From Amphiscolops sp. MND2022 (lineage: Eukaryota): a stretch of 64,000 bases of DNA. A program made the translations under genes and the position numbers. The stretch lies in the NCBI GenBank assembly GCA_964187785.1, contig OZ076409.1, positions 11,658,001-11,722,000 on the forward strand. The letters run 5' to 3'. This document shows positions 1 to 11,407 of the stretch, piece after piece (within the stretch, counting starts at the first letter, position 1; each line of letters opens with the position of its first letter). Under the pieces are notes generated by a model. The model had not been told where the DNA came from. It did not search any database and saw only the letters and a list, made by a program, of their open reading frames with translations.

Positions 1-1013
1 AGCGAAGCTTTAGATAAAGTCGTTCACGGCCACATGCTGGAGAAAATTTACCTATTTGGAATCAGAGGAAAATTGTTCCTTGTCTTGAAATCATACCTGA
101 CAAACCACACTCAAAAAATTCAAGATCAAACTGACTCCTCAAACATTTTCGGGATAACAAATGGAGTCTCTCAAGGCAGCATACTTAGCCCCTTATTGTT
201 TTTAATCTTTATTAACGACCTTCCATGTTCTGCTGCATATCTAAACTTTTTGCTGTTTGCTGACGACGCTAATTTTTTGCATTGATGTGGAAACAGAAAT
301 TATATGGAGTCTCTCAAGGCAGCATACTTAGCCCAGAAGCATAAATCACCTTTTAAAATGGACAAGTGGGCGCACATAGCTTTGAAATAGTTTGGAAATA
401 GCCAGAAATTGTTACGCTTTGAGAAAGATGTTATTGAATCAGCATCAGTTCAATCCAATCTTGGTCTCATTTTTTCAAGTGACCTCAAGTGGAATCTTCA
501 TATCGAAAAAGCCTGCATGAAAGCGAACGGAGTCTTTCATATGGTTAGAATGTATCAGAGTTATCCATTAGAGCGAGATTGAACCTCTACAAATTAATGA
601 TAGTGCCAGTTTTTATGTATGCTTCCCCTTATTATGGCCTCAGCAAATACGTTATCAGCGAATTGGAAAACATTCAGAAACGCGTTGTAAAACAGATTGA
701 CTGGGGAAAAAAGTTGCCGAGAAATACTTCTGTTCTCTCGATATTACTTCGGCCATTTTATATTCAACTGAACAACCTGCAATTATTTTAAAAATGCTTT
801 TGGGTCAATATGAAACCAAACTTTTAGGTCTACCTACGATCACATCTTTCTCGCGTCGGAATTTGTTTCAGCTTCCCAGGCCAAAAAATGACCTCAGAAG
901 GAAATTTCTTCTTCCAAACTTGTCGACTAGTGGTTGTGTTGCAAATCGATATGCTGATAGGTAAGCCTGAAGAAACAGATTTTGACAAAGTGCTGGGAAA
1001 TATTCGAGAGTAG
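1..1013 (+). pseudogene. Decayed non-LTR retrotransposon (CR1/L2-like) reverse transcriptase 3' fragment
   Basis: Translation shows RT motifs (ALDKVVH, GVSQGSILSPLLFLIFINDL, FADD) and the C-terminal LYKLMIVPVFMYAS...LENIQKR motif. Stops and frameshifts break the frame. It ends at the Gypsy 5' LTR. Confidence 0.85.
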
Positions 1014-1318
1014 TGTAACCTACCATTACTGGATATCGGAAAATGTTTCCCCATAAGCAGTGGAACGATGAAAAGGGAACCGGCCAAAAGGAAGGGTACC
1101 GTCCAAACGGAACGGCCAAAAAGAAAGGTACCGTCCAAAAGGAACGGCCAAAAGGAACGGTCACCGTCCAATAAGAAAGGTTTAATAGTACCGTTTAGAA
1201 TGTAATCCTGCCCTTTGGAACAATGATTTGGCATAAATAGAGTTGATTTCTTATCATTTATTCATTATTAATTTAACCTTCATTCGAATCAGTTGTCTTT
1301 TTGTTATTCGACTCCACA
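1014..1318 (+). repeat. 5' LTR
   Basis: Starts TGTAACC, ends CCACA, and lies directly before the PBS. Matches 5188-5217 plus ~6758-7029. Contains internal tandem GGAACGGCCAAAA/GGTACCGTCCAAAA units. Confidence 0.9.
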
Positions 1319-1321
1319 AAT

Positions 1322-1339
1322 TGGTGACCCCGACGTGAT
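1322..1339 (+). promoter_or_regulatory. Primer binding site complementary to the tRNA-Trp 3' end
   Basis: TGGTGACCCCGACGTGAT is the canonical 18-nt tRNA-Trp PBS, 3 nt after the LTR-terminal CA. Confidence 0.9.
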
Positions 1340-1419
1340 GGATGATCCAACACAATTGGAAGACTCTACCACTGCTTATAATCACATAACTAACGGAGGT
1401 AGCAGTGATTGCAAAAACA

Positions 1420-2167
1420 ATGCTCAAGTGGGGAGAATAACAATCAAACCTCCAACTTTCTAAAGAAACAACCCGCAAGTCTGGTTCAGACAACTCGAGT
1501 CCCAATTTGCACTAGCAAATATCACCAGTTCCCAAACAATGTTTCACTACGTCATGGGCGCATTACCGGAGGACGTCGCAATCAACATCCCACTGGACGT
1601 TACTTCTTACGAATCTCTATAGGAGCAGATAATCGGAATCTACCAAACAAGTCAACAGGAGTTAGTGGAGGAGGCCTTAGGTTCAATTTCCCTTGACGTC
1701 CATAAACCGTCAGTCTATTTCCTACGCATAAAGTGCAAATTAGAAGATTGCCACTTAACCGTCGATGACCATTTTTACGCCACAAATTCCTCCAAGCGTT
1801 ACCTCCAACGACACGTGTTGCCCTGTCCGCACATCATAATTTGGCCTTGGACGATTTCGCTAAACTTGCGGATACGTTATACCAGTATTCAAGGTTCGAT
1901 TACCACGTAGCAGCAGTAAGACCCAATCCTAAGGCCGAACATGATTCTGTCTCCCTGAACAGAAACTTTCAACCCAATTCTAGACAGCAAAAAGGAGGGA
2001 TGTTTCCCTTCAGCGCGGGGCAAAAACCAAAAATTTGCCGATTTCTTGTCTTCTATGCAAATAATGCCGAGCGGTGTAAACCCTGGTGTAAGTGGCCTGG
2101 TCAGAAACCACAGTTGATTGATGCTTCATCACGACCAGCAACCCCAAACAACCCAGCGTCAAACTAG
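1420..2167 (+). pseudogene. Gypsy gag, disrupted
   Basis: Fragments IKPPTF*RNNPQVWFRQLESQFALANI and LDDFAKLAD, plus a degenerate C-terminal Cys knuckle. Stops and frameshifts are present. Confidence 0.75.
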
Positions 2168-2229
2168 GAACCCCTAGCGTAGTGGAAGCTTGCACTGGGG
2201 GTTTTATTCATTGAGATCGCTGCCTCTAT

Positions 2230-4847
2230 CAATTCTAGTCAGCAAAAGTTTCTTATAGACACAGGATCAATGGTGTCCATTGTTAAGCCCAGTTTAATCC
2301 ATCCAGTTACTATTCTGCCTTCCAACGCAGTTCCATCCACCATTAAAGGTGACGCATTGAACGTTTACGGAAAAGTTACAATACCAATTGAAATACCTTC
2401 CTTACGACGTTGCATCAGCGATACCTTTTTCGTCGCTGACGTGTCGTGCAATATTCTTGGTATTGATTTCTTGTCAACAAACGATTTTTCAATTGATTGC
2501 AAAAATGGCCGCCTCAAGGATAACACAACATTGTTGTCTACTGCAACTCAATTTAAAAAGTGCAACCATGCAAATTTAAAAAAAGGAACCTAACGATTGG
2601 AGGCCTTGTGGAGATTACCGACGGTTAAATTCGGTCACTAAAAAGGATTGCTACCCACTTCCACAGCTATTGGATTTCAATCTTCATGGCGAAATAGTTT
2701 TTAGTAAGTTGGACTTAGTAAAAGCATACCATCAGATACCAGTACACCCTGATGACATAAAGAAAACTGCTGTGACAACACAGTTTGATCTTTTTGAATT
2801 TCTACGAATGCCCTTTGGTCTCCGAAATGCAGGACAAACATTCCAACGCTTCATGAATACAGTTTTCCAAGGATTAGATATGGCTTTCACCTTCGTGGAC
2901 GACGTTCTAATTGCATCAGACGATATAACGACTCACTTGGAAGACATCGAAGCGGTATTGGAACGCCTGAAGCAATACGGACTGCGCTGCTCTATAACGA
3001 AATGCAAATGGATGAAGAATGAGATCAAATTCCTCGGATTTTCGATCACTGCTGAAAGTTTACAACCTAAAGCGGTCAAAGTCGAAGCTATTCAACGATG
3101 GCCACGTCCCACAAGTTACAAAAGTTTGCGACGTATGATGAGAATGTTCTCTTTTTATCGACAACATGTTCCCCATTATGCAGAAATAGTCGAATCTCTC
3201 CAAACGTTACTCAATGATAGTCAGCCATCCCGTACTTCAAATTTGATAATCGACACACCACTGCGTTGGGAACAATTCCACGATGACGCTTTGACTTTAT
3301 TGAAGAACAAACTTTCTGAACGTACCATGTTACACTATTTATCTCCAGATGGTACTCTCACTCTCACCACTGATGCTTCTGACAGAGCAATTGGCGGAGT
3401 TTTACACAACAACAGAACGGACGGGACAAACGCACCTCTAGCCTTCTTCTCACGAAAATTATCTGTCGCAGAACGAAATTATTCTGTATTTGATAAAGAA
3501 CTTTGAGCAATTTTTGCCGCAACACAGAAATTTCGACGGTTTATTGAAGGTCTTTACTGTGTCGTTTTTACCGACCACAAACCCATTCTGGCGTCCTTTC
3601 GAAAAACAACCGACCACTCCCCTCGACAATCACGGCAGTTTTCGTTCTTGTCGGAATTTATTGACGACATTGTTCATATTGCTGGTGACAGCAATTTGGT
3701 AGCTGATTATCTATCACGACCCGAAAAAGAAGAGAGTTGGGTACAACAGTCGAAACTTGTATCTGCTGTAACTTGTGACCTTTTCGATTTACAGGCAATC
3801 GATGAAGCGCAAACACAGGAATTTAAGGAGGAATTGTGCCAGGTGTACAGTCAAGGCACCAAAATTGTTACTATTCCACCAGACAAAAAATTACTCTGCG
3901 ATAATGCTCTCATCCCCCGCCCAATAGTTCCACCAGAAATGCGGAAAAAATTGTTCCTCAACTTTCACAACATGTCACATCCGAACTGGAAGGCAACTAA
4001 TAAACTGATTTCAGCACGTTTCACCTGGCCGCATTTGGGTTCGGACGTGAAGGGTTGGTGCAAGGAGTATTTACACTGTCAGAAAAGCAAAGTTACACGA
4101 CACACAATAACGCCTCCTGCATCAAATGCAAGTTATCCAGCCCGTTTCCAGCATTTACATTTGGACATAGTAGGTCCTCTGCCTGCAGTGTCGAATTGCC
4201 CGAATAGATATATTCTTTCTTTTATCGATCGATCAACAAACTGGATAGAAGCTACTCCCATTAGTTCTATCACCGCAGAAGTCGTGGCTGAAACATTTAC
4301 TTCTACTTGGTTTTCGCGGTTCGGAGTCCCACTCTACATTACTACCGATCAAAGACGCCAGTTCGAATCTGATTTGTTCGCCGAATTATCCAAGTTGCTT
4401 GGTTTTGCACGTCTTCGTACTATACTTTATCACCCCCAAGCCAATGGTAAAATCGAAAGGTACCATCGAACTTTAAAAGCGTCTTTAGCAGCCTCACCTT
4501 TACCGTGGACTCAAGCTTTACCGGTCGTTTTATTCAGTCATAGAATTCTGCCCAATGCCATGGGAAAATCCCCTTTTCAACTGGTAACCGGATCGGATGC
4601 TTTTCTTCCCACTATTTTTAAAGAAAAACAACAACAAACATTCACTCGTGATTTCGTCTCTAAACTGGCCACGCATTTGCAGTTATTACAATTTACAACA
4701 CCTTCATTGACTCCTCATTCCGGTTCCAAGCAATATGTTCCTCTTGACTTTCAGGAGGGTAGTCATGTTTGGCTACGAGTTGATCGTACCAGGCGTCCTT
4801 TGGAGGCACCCTATAGTGGTCCTTTTTCTTTTTCTGGAACGCAATGA
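2230..4847 (+). pseudogene. Gypsy pol (protease, RT, RNase H, integrase), disrupted
   Basis: DTG protease. The RT N-terminus appears deleted near 2580. RT/RH ORF 2670-3506 ends in an in-frame TGA. Integrase ORF 3648-4847 has an HHCC remnant, the D-D-E core (HLDIVG, TTDQ, GKIER) and a GPY/F motif (PYSGPF). Confidence 0.92.
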
Positions 4848-4947
4848 TTAAACAAGGTTGATACAATGCACGAACGGTCCTACCCGAGTGAGTTAAACCA
4901 GAATTAAACCTTGGTACTTTCCATCAGAGCCACATATCAAACCAACT

Positions 4948-5151
4948 GTGCCAAAATTGTTAGAGGACAATGGGTCCTTTTATACTTGTGGGGGACCTTT
5001 TAACACCGGTATGATCGGCTGCGACGGTCCTAATTGTGTCATACAATGGTTTCAATTTCCGTGTGTAGGAGTTGACAAACCTCCTCAAGGCAAGTGGTTT
5101 TGTCCTACTTGCAGGGAACAACGAGTTCAGAAAACCGTTTCATTCGCATGA
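4948..5151 (+). pseudogene. ING-type PHD finger remnant at the 3' end of the Gypsy internal region
   Basis: YTCGGPFNTGMIGCDGPNCVIQWFQFPCVGVDKPPQGKWFCPTC follows the ING PHD pattern (MIGCD..C..EWFHF.CVG....P.GKWFCP.C). The first Cys and the His appear substituted. Confidence 0.85.
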
Positions 5152-5498
5152 TATATGTCAACCCTCCGTTATTTTATGGGGGACCTCTGTAACCTACCCA
5201 CACTGTATATCGGAAAAAAATATTTCGATTCCAATTTTAGTCACAAATTCTTTATTACTTTTTTTTGTTTGAAACATTATATTAAACGTATAATTCAAGC
5301 CGTTAGATTGATGGGCAACAATGCGTTGAGGCAACTTATCATGATTACGTAATTACGAAGTAGTATGATGACTCATATGAATCATTTCAGAAGTCATCGG
5401 AAGTCAGAAACGTGACCACACTTCAAACGACACAAAGGATCGTTTGCAACCCACAGAATCACTTCTCTTCAAAAAACAGCACCAAACGGTCGGCAGAA

Positions 5499-6418
5499 AT
5501 GGAAATCAGCTCAGACGAAATGTCCCTTCTGAAACTCTACAGGACCGGCAAAATGCAGGCTCGGAAGAATGTTACCAAACCTCGCCAATTTGACATTGTT
5601 GTCTATTACGCCGCAGAATGGAATGGTTGCTATTACAAAGTCAACTGAGTGGTTCGCTCAAGTGCCAGTGGACAACGAGCAAATTGTTAGCAATCCTGCA
5701 CCTAGAACGTTTCACTGCAATTCAACACCACAGAAACAGCGTGAACAACTTTTATCCAGCTCTTCAGATTCGAGCAGCAGTTAATCCGAGACCGATGAAG
5801 TACCACCACCCAAAAGGCCGCAGAAGAAAAGTGATGGCAAGGAAGAACGGTTCTCGCCAGCTAAAGAATTGGCACGACCCCCAACCAACGAGTGGCACAA
5901 CAACCTGGTACCGCTGAATAAGCTGGCCAGCCTGTCCACATCGCAGATAAGCACATTAGACGATGTCAACGAGGTCGACGATCAAATCCGTGACCTTACG
6001 CCAGAGATTGAGGACATCAACGTTCCCTTTCAAGAAGAAAGTTTAGCCATAAAAGTGCCTCCAGGAGCCAAATTTGGTAATTGGGTTATTTCACGAAAGA
6101 GTGGCATGACAGGTTTTGAGATCAACAATATGTGCCGAGCCATGGGACGTTTCACTGGTTTGAGGTACGATCAGATTGAAGCAAAACGACAAGCCAAATT
6201 ACATGACCCGAGCTACTTATGCTGCAGTGTTGGTTCACCGTCTGTGGTTAGTGGCGCAAATATTGGACAACCCGAGGTCAACATTGCGGAAAAAAGTCAA
6301 GGTTTTTGCGAAAAAGAAGATGGACCTGACCAAGCAGACAACACTTGCTAATTTGATACTTCGGTTGCGACTAACTGTAACCGACACCGATTACTTAGCT
6401 TCACTGATATCGGAAATT
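5499..6418 (+). pseudogene. Decayed ORF of unknown function inside the 3' LTR (NLS-like and HTH-like motifs)
   Basis: ORFs 5412-5648, 5569-5784, 5869-6351 and 6176-6478 join with 2 frameshifts and 1 stop. Motifs PPPKRPQKK and LVAQILDNPRSTLRKKV. Confidence 0.55.
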
Positions 6419-6419
6419 G

Positions 6420-6757
6420 GGCTGGCTGTAAATAGGTCGAATTTTTCTGGTCGAAAGGACAGAGGTCGAACCTTTTGATCGAATTGCAGGGATCGAATAA
6501 AATGCGGTCGAATTTTATCGTATTTGTTGTATGGCTCGGTCGCTTCGCTCGCTTCGCCAAGTAGCAACATTGAGGCATGGCCATATGGCACGTCGCTCCG
6601 CTTCGCTTCGCTCCTGCATCCAGGGCACTAGGGGTATGTGAACATATCTTATAAAAGTTTCGATCCGAGTTGTTTCGATCCCATTCAAAAATTTGGTATG
6701 TCGACCTGAGGACTAACTGATTTTCGATCCCGTTTCTTCGACCTATATCCGCCCACC
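6420..6757. mobile_element. Mutator-like MITE (TCGA-rich family) inserted in the 3' LTR
   Basis: Imperfect TIRs GGCTGGCTGTAAATAGGTCGAA / TTCGACCTATATCCGCCCACC. Flanks CGGAAATTG and CGGAAAATG match at 8/9. Near-identical to 11726-12353. Confidence 0.8.
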
Positions 6758-7179
6758 CGGAAAATGCTTCCCATAAGCAGTGGAACGGTCCAAAAGGAAC
6801 CGGCCAAAAGGAAAGGTACCGTCCAAAAGGAACGGCCAAAAGGAAAGGTACCGTCCAAAAAGAACGGCCAAAAAGAACGGTCACCGTCCAAAAGGAAAGG
6901 TTTATTAGTACCGTTTAGGATGTAATCCTGCCTTTTGGGACAATGATTTGGTATAAATACAGCTGATTTCTTATCATTTATTCATTATTAGTTTAACCTT
7001 CATTCGAATCAGTTGTCTTTTTGTTATTCTTATAACCCTGCATTCCTCACCTGCCTTCCTTTTGTGTCAATTCTATTTATACTATTTACTTTGTTCTGGA
7101 ATCAATGATAGAAAGTCATTTGTACTGCCACATCCCGAAGGTTAATTGATTATCTTCTTCTTCTATTCGGATTGCATGA

Positions 7180-7445
7180 AATGGGTCGAATGAAATAGGT
7201 CGAGAAGATTTAGGTCGACCCTTTTGGTCGAATAACTTAGGTCGAATTGACTGAGGTCGAATTGGGTCGAATGGACTTGGGTCGAAATCAATATGTTGTC
7301 TCCCTTGAACTTGGCATTTTTCAAGGTCGACCCAAGTCCATTCGACCCAATTCCGAAACGGTGAAGATTCGACCCATCGCACAGGAGGCCGATTCGACCC
7401 ATTTCTTTCGACCCATTTCCGTTCACCCCTTCTATTCGACCCCTC
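7180..7445. repeat. Foldback element of inverted GGTCGAA arrays
   Basis: About 9 GGTCGA units face about 6 TCGACC units. Perfect 26-bp inverted repeat at 7260-7285 / 7327-7352. Confidence 0.75.
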
Positions 7446-7666
7446 AATAGATACGATGAAAGCAATAGATGAACCTGGAAAATAGCATGTGATCGCACCC
7501 TTAACTGTCGCAATAGAACAAACGTAGAACAAAACCGGCAGGGTTGCCACCCCTTGTGCTTCTTGGAGCACCGAAGCCCTACTACCACTAAAGCCTCGGG
7601 GGGGGGGGTCAGATGAATTTTCTGGCAGTAGGCTGGGGAGGTATTAGCAAACAAGATCCAAAGTTG

Positions 7667-8169
7667 GGGGAGTCTTCAATACGTCGAACACGGATTAATT
7701 TAGCGAGCATGGTATGACCTAATGGAATTAATTGATTTCGGCCATTCAAATTCGAGCATTCAAAATTACGTTAACGTAGTCAGCTATGTTCACATACTCC
7801 TAGTGCCCTAAATGCAGGAGCGAAGCGGAGCGACGAGCCATATGACCATGACTCAATATTGCTGTTTGGCGAAGGGAGAGACGCGACAAATATGCTAATC
7901 GCATATGCTAATAATTTATGCTGATCGCTAATAATTTTCGAATATCCTCAATTTGCGGGAGGAAGTTCATCGTATATAAATAGTACAAAGAGAGCATTGA
8001 GAGTTGGATAAAGTTAAGTTGGGATTTAATGATGAGCGCTATACGATTCCGAGTCATACAACGAATATGCTAATCGCCACAAAATATAACCAAATGAAAA
8101 TAATCGCTGATATGGAATTCTTTCGACGCATGAAATAGTTTTTCGACTATTTGAGTGTTCGACGAATTG
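7667..8169. mobile_element. Copy of the 37091-37485 Mutator-like MITE with a ~160 bp internal insertion
   Basis: Colinear with 37091-37485 from TTCAATACGTCGAACA to GTTCGACGAATTG. Confidence 0.7.
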
Positions 8170-11100
8170 TTGTTGTTGTTCTTGTGAATTTCCAGCTCGG
8201 CTGGAGGAATCTCTTCCTATAATTTCCAATGTATCCAGCTGTTTCACAGAGAGGGTTCACTCTGTATGCAAAAGTAGTCTACACTTTTGTTAGGGGGCCC
8301 TCTAGCTTACAAATTGAAACGTAAAAAATCAAAGCCTAAACATAAAAACAACTTAAAAGAACAAAGTGTTGAGAACGAATGGATTTTTCCTTTGAACATA
8401 AGGTCTATCGACTACAATTTTGAAGAACTAGAAACGCATATAGATACATTTCGTGAAAACAAACCGTGTATTATTTGCTTGTCCGAAACATGGATGACTG
8501 AATCCTCTGACAAAAATGCCTACGCACTAGAATCCTATGCACCTATGGAATTTGATCCTGGTTCAACAAGAAATGAAGGTGTTGCAATATATGTCCATGA
8601 ATCGCTGGCATTTGAACTTTTGGAGCTTAACATACAGAAAGATTCTATTCCTGATCTAAACTATACTGGAGTCAATTGTACCGCTAGGAATAAGGAAAAA
8701 TTTACCGTTGTATGCTTATACAATTCGCCTTCCGTAAATAAACATGATTTCTTGAATCAGTTTGAGTTACTTCTTGAGTCTCTTAGTCAAATTAAGAACT
8801 ACTATCTAATAGGCGATATTAATATTGACCTCTTGGAATGCAACCCTGTTGCAGATAGGTATCTGAAATTGTTGGAAATTCATGGTTGCGCCCAAGGAAT
8901 CGAAGAACCAACCCGTGTAACGCTTGACTCAGAATCGTTAATCGATCATATAATCCATAATGACTACCAAAGACCTCTGGAATTTGGAGTTATCAAGACG
9001 TATATTACAGACCATTTTGCAACCTACGTTGATTTGAATATAAGTAAATCTAAATCCATTCGTTCTCAACATTTTTTTAAGGATAGACCGTTTCTCCGGG
9101 ACGGTAATGCAACAAATCTCTATCTAAATTACTTAAAACATTGCCTGGAACTTGTAGACTTAGGACAGGACATCAATGCATCTACTGAATCGTTTGCCAA
9201 TGCAATATCGGAAGCAGTTAATGCTTTCACAGTTGAAAAACAATCAGAACACCAAGATGCCGTAAGACCTTGGTTCACAAAGGAAGTAAAAAAGGCCTTA
9301 ATTCGAAGAAATTGTAGTTTCCACAGATACAAGCGCTGTAAAACCTATCAGAACAAGCTACGCTACACAAGAGCTAGAAATAATGTGCACCAGCAGCTTC
9401 GTAAAAGCAAGCGCGAATAATACGATTCACGTCTGAATGGGCTTATCAATATACCTAAATGTTTCTACAAAGAACTAAACAAAATCACTGGTAAAGCAAC
9501 AAAAAATTCCAACTTTGTTATCAAGAATGATAAAAATGAATTGATTACGGATGATATTGATGTGGCCGAATCGTTCAATGAAAAATTTGTTTCCATCAGT
9601 AAAACCTTAGCTGCTTCAATTGATAATGTCCCATTCACGACTTATGGTATAAAAACTAATGAAAAATCACTATTTTTTTATCCAGCTGATGGCACTGAGA
9701 TTTCGAGGATTATAAAAAATCTTAAGAACCATAAATCACCTGGTCTAGATGGACTGACTGCAGAAATACTAAAAGTGAGTCACGATGTAATAGTTGAAAA
9801 ATTAACTCATCTCGTGAATGAATCGCTAAAAAGTGGAACATTTCCTCAGGTTTTGAAAGCTGCGAGAGTGGTACCGATATACAAATCCGGCAAAAAATCT
9901 ATACGTGAAAATTACAGACCCATATCTGTTTTATCAGTATTGAGCAAAATATTTGAACGTGTTGTGCATGAACGATTATATAATTTCATGGATAAAAATA
10001 AGCTATTATACCCAAGACAATTTGGATTCAGGTCAAAACTGAGCCCCATCCACGCTCTTTCCGATATTACAGAAATGATTAGGGATAATTCTAACCTCGA
10101 TATTTCTTGTATTTTGCTTGATTTACAAAAAGCCTTCGATACAATAAACCATGAATTTCTCTTGTATAAACTCGAAGCATACGGTGTCAGAGGGGTTTGC
10201 TTGGATTGGTTCACATCATATCTAAGTAAACGAAGTCAATGTGTTTCAATTAACGGTAAAGTCTCAAAACCATTACTTATTGACTGCGGCGTTCCTCAAG
10301 GATCTATTCTTGGCCCACTGCTCTTTATAATTTATGTAAATGATTTCCCGAACTCGTGTAAAAACATTATTCCGTTTCTCTTTGCGGAAGATGCTAATTG
10401 CGTTTACGCGAGACCCAAAAATGAAACATCTACATTACAGGATGAAGTTGAACACATTCCTGGATGGATGGCTATGAATAAACTCAGTCAAAATATTCCT
10501 AAAACTGAATTGGTCCATTTTTTAAACTGCAAAGATGAAAGCATAGTATTGAAAAATACTGAAATAACATGTACTGAATACGTTAAATATCTGGGTATCT
10601 TACTTGATAAAAATTTAACTTATGGTTTCCACGTCAAACGAGTACTGAATAAATTAGCTAAACATGTATCCATTATTAACCGTCTAAGGCATTTCACCAG
10701 TAGTTCGGTAGTGATACGATATTATAAAACATACATGAAACCAATTATCCAATACGGACTCTTGATATATGGGTGCACGAGGAAGAGTGTACTGAATGAT
10801 ATATTTCTTGTTCAGAAAAAAATCCTCCGTATTACATACTTTAAAAACAGACGATATCCATGGGATGAATTGTTCAAAAGAAGCGAAATTATGAATGTTT
10901 TTGATCTATACGTATTTGAACTATTAAAATTCGCCGTGCGTTCTAGTAGAGAAAGTCAACTACATAATATCAAGAGCGTATTTATCCACAAAAATTCACT
11001 TGTTTTTACTCGGAGTGTTTCTTCCAATATGTTTTATGTACCTGAAGCACGAACGCAAGTTAGCCGACAATCACTAAAATATCGTGGAACTGTCTTACTG

Positions 11101-11407
11101 AATCATCTACTAAAAACGAAGCTATTACCTCGCAATTATGAATCTATCGGTGAAAATGAGACTAAAAGATTGATATTAAAAATTAAAAACAAAATAAGTA
11201 GCGAACGTCTGGCAGACATAGTTTTTTGTTGATGCCCTTGTGTTTGGAGGGTCCTCCCCCGTTTAGGAATAATAACCTTTGGAGGGTCCCCTCTGGTGCT
11301 ATATTTTTAATTGAACTGACTGCATTGTACTTAACTTCTGTACTGGTACTATTGTTCAATTTTTTAAACATAGCATCAGAGAAAATTTAATTCTTTCTTT
11401 CTTTCTT
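8170..11407 (+). mobile_element. L2/CR1-type LINE, near-complete ORF2, inactivated
   Basis: APE endonuclease and RT ORFs are in the same frame. The 3' UTR ends in a (TTTC)n tail at ~11391-11407. The 5' boundary is approximate. Confidence 0.85.
8287..11232 (+). pseudogene. LINE ORF2: APE endonuclease + reverse transcriptase with one premature stop (9418-9420)
   Basis: EN motifs LNIRS, CLSETW, GVAIYV, GDINID, SLIDH, TDH. RT motifs KSPGLDG, NYRPIS, QFGFR, DLQKAFD, GVPQGSILGP, KYLG. The catalytic FADD reads FAED. Confidence 0.92.

Larger units (their letters stand above)
1014..7029 (+). mobile_element. Decayed Ty3/Gypsy LTR retrotransposon (Mag-like Gag), order gag-PR-RT-RH-IN-PHD
   Basis: 5' LTR TG...CA at 1014-1318 and PBS at 1322-1339. 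Gag remnants (WFRQLESQF; CRFLVFYANNAERCKPWC), protease FLIDTGS, RT (FSKLDLVKAYHQI, MPFGLRNA, FVDD), RNase H (TTDASD), integrase. Purine tract before the 3' LTR, which starts TGTAACCTACC at 5188. Confidence 0.95.
5188..7029 (+). repeat. 3' LTR, extended by a ~1.2 kb ORF-bearing segment and interrupted by a MITE; terminal ~9 bp missing
   Basis: TGTAACCTACC...ATATCGGAAAA at 5188-5217 matches the 5' LTR start. Homology resumes at ~6758 and runs to TTGTTATTC at 7029. Confidence 0.8.

Noticed and set aside
1060..1180. Regular short repeats resembling a CRISPR array (also 6780-6900 and 7180-7445)
   Set aside because: No unique spacers and no cas genes; these are internal tandem repeats of an LTR and of MITEs in a eukaryotic genome.
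830..1234. Minus-strand ORFs with repeated PFLL/GRSFWTVP peptides (also 6348-6891)
   Set aside because: Antisense read-through of the LTR tandem repeats; no domain.
4948..5151. Host ING gene exon
   Set aside because: It lies between integrase and the PPT/LTR of the retroelement, and no other ING exons are present.
1005..7040. Target-site duplication of the Gypsy element
   Set aside because: The 3' LTR lacks its terminal bases, so no TSD can be read; the two LTRs could even come from recombined copies.
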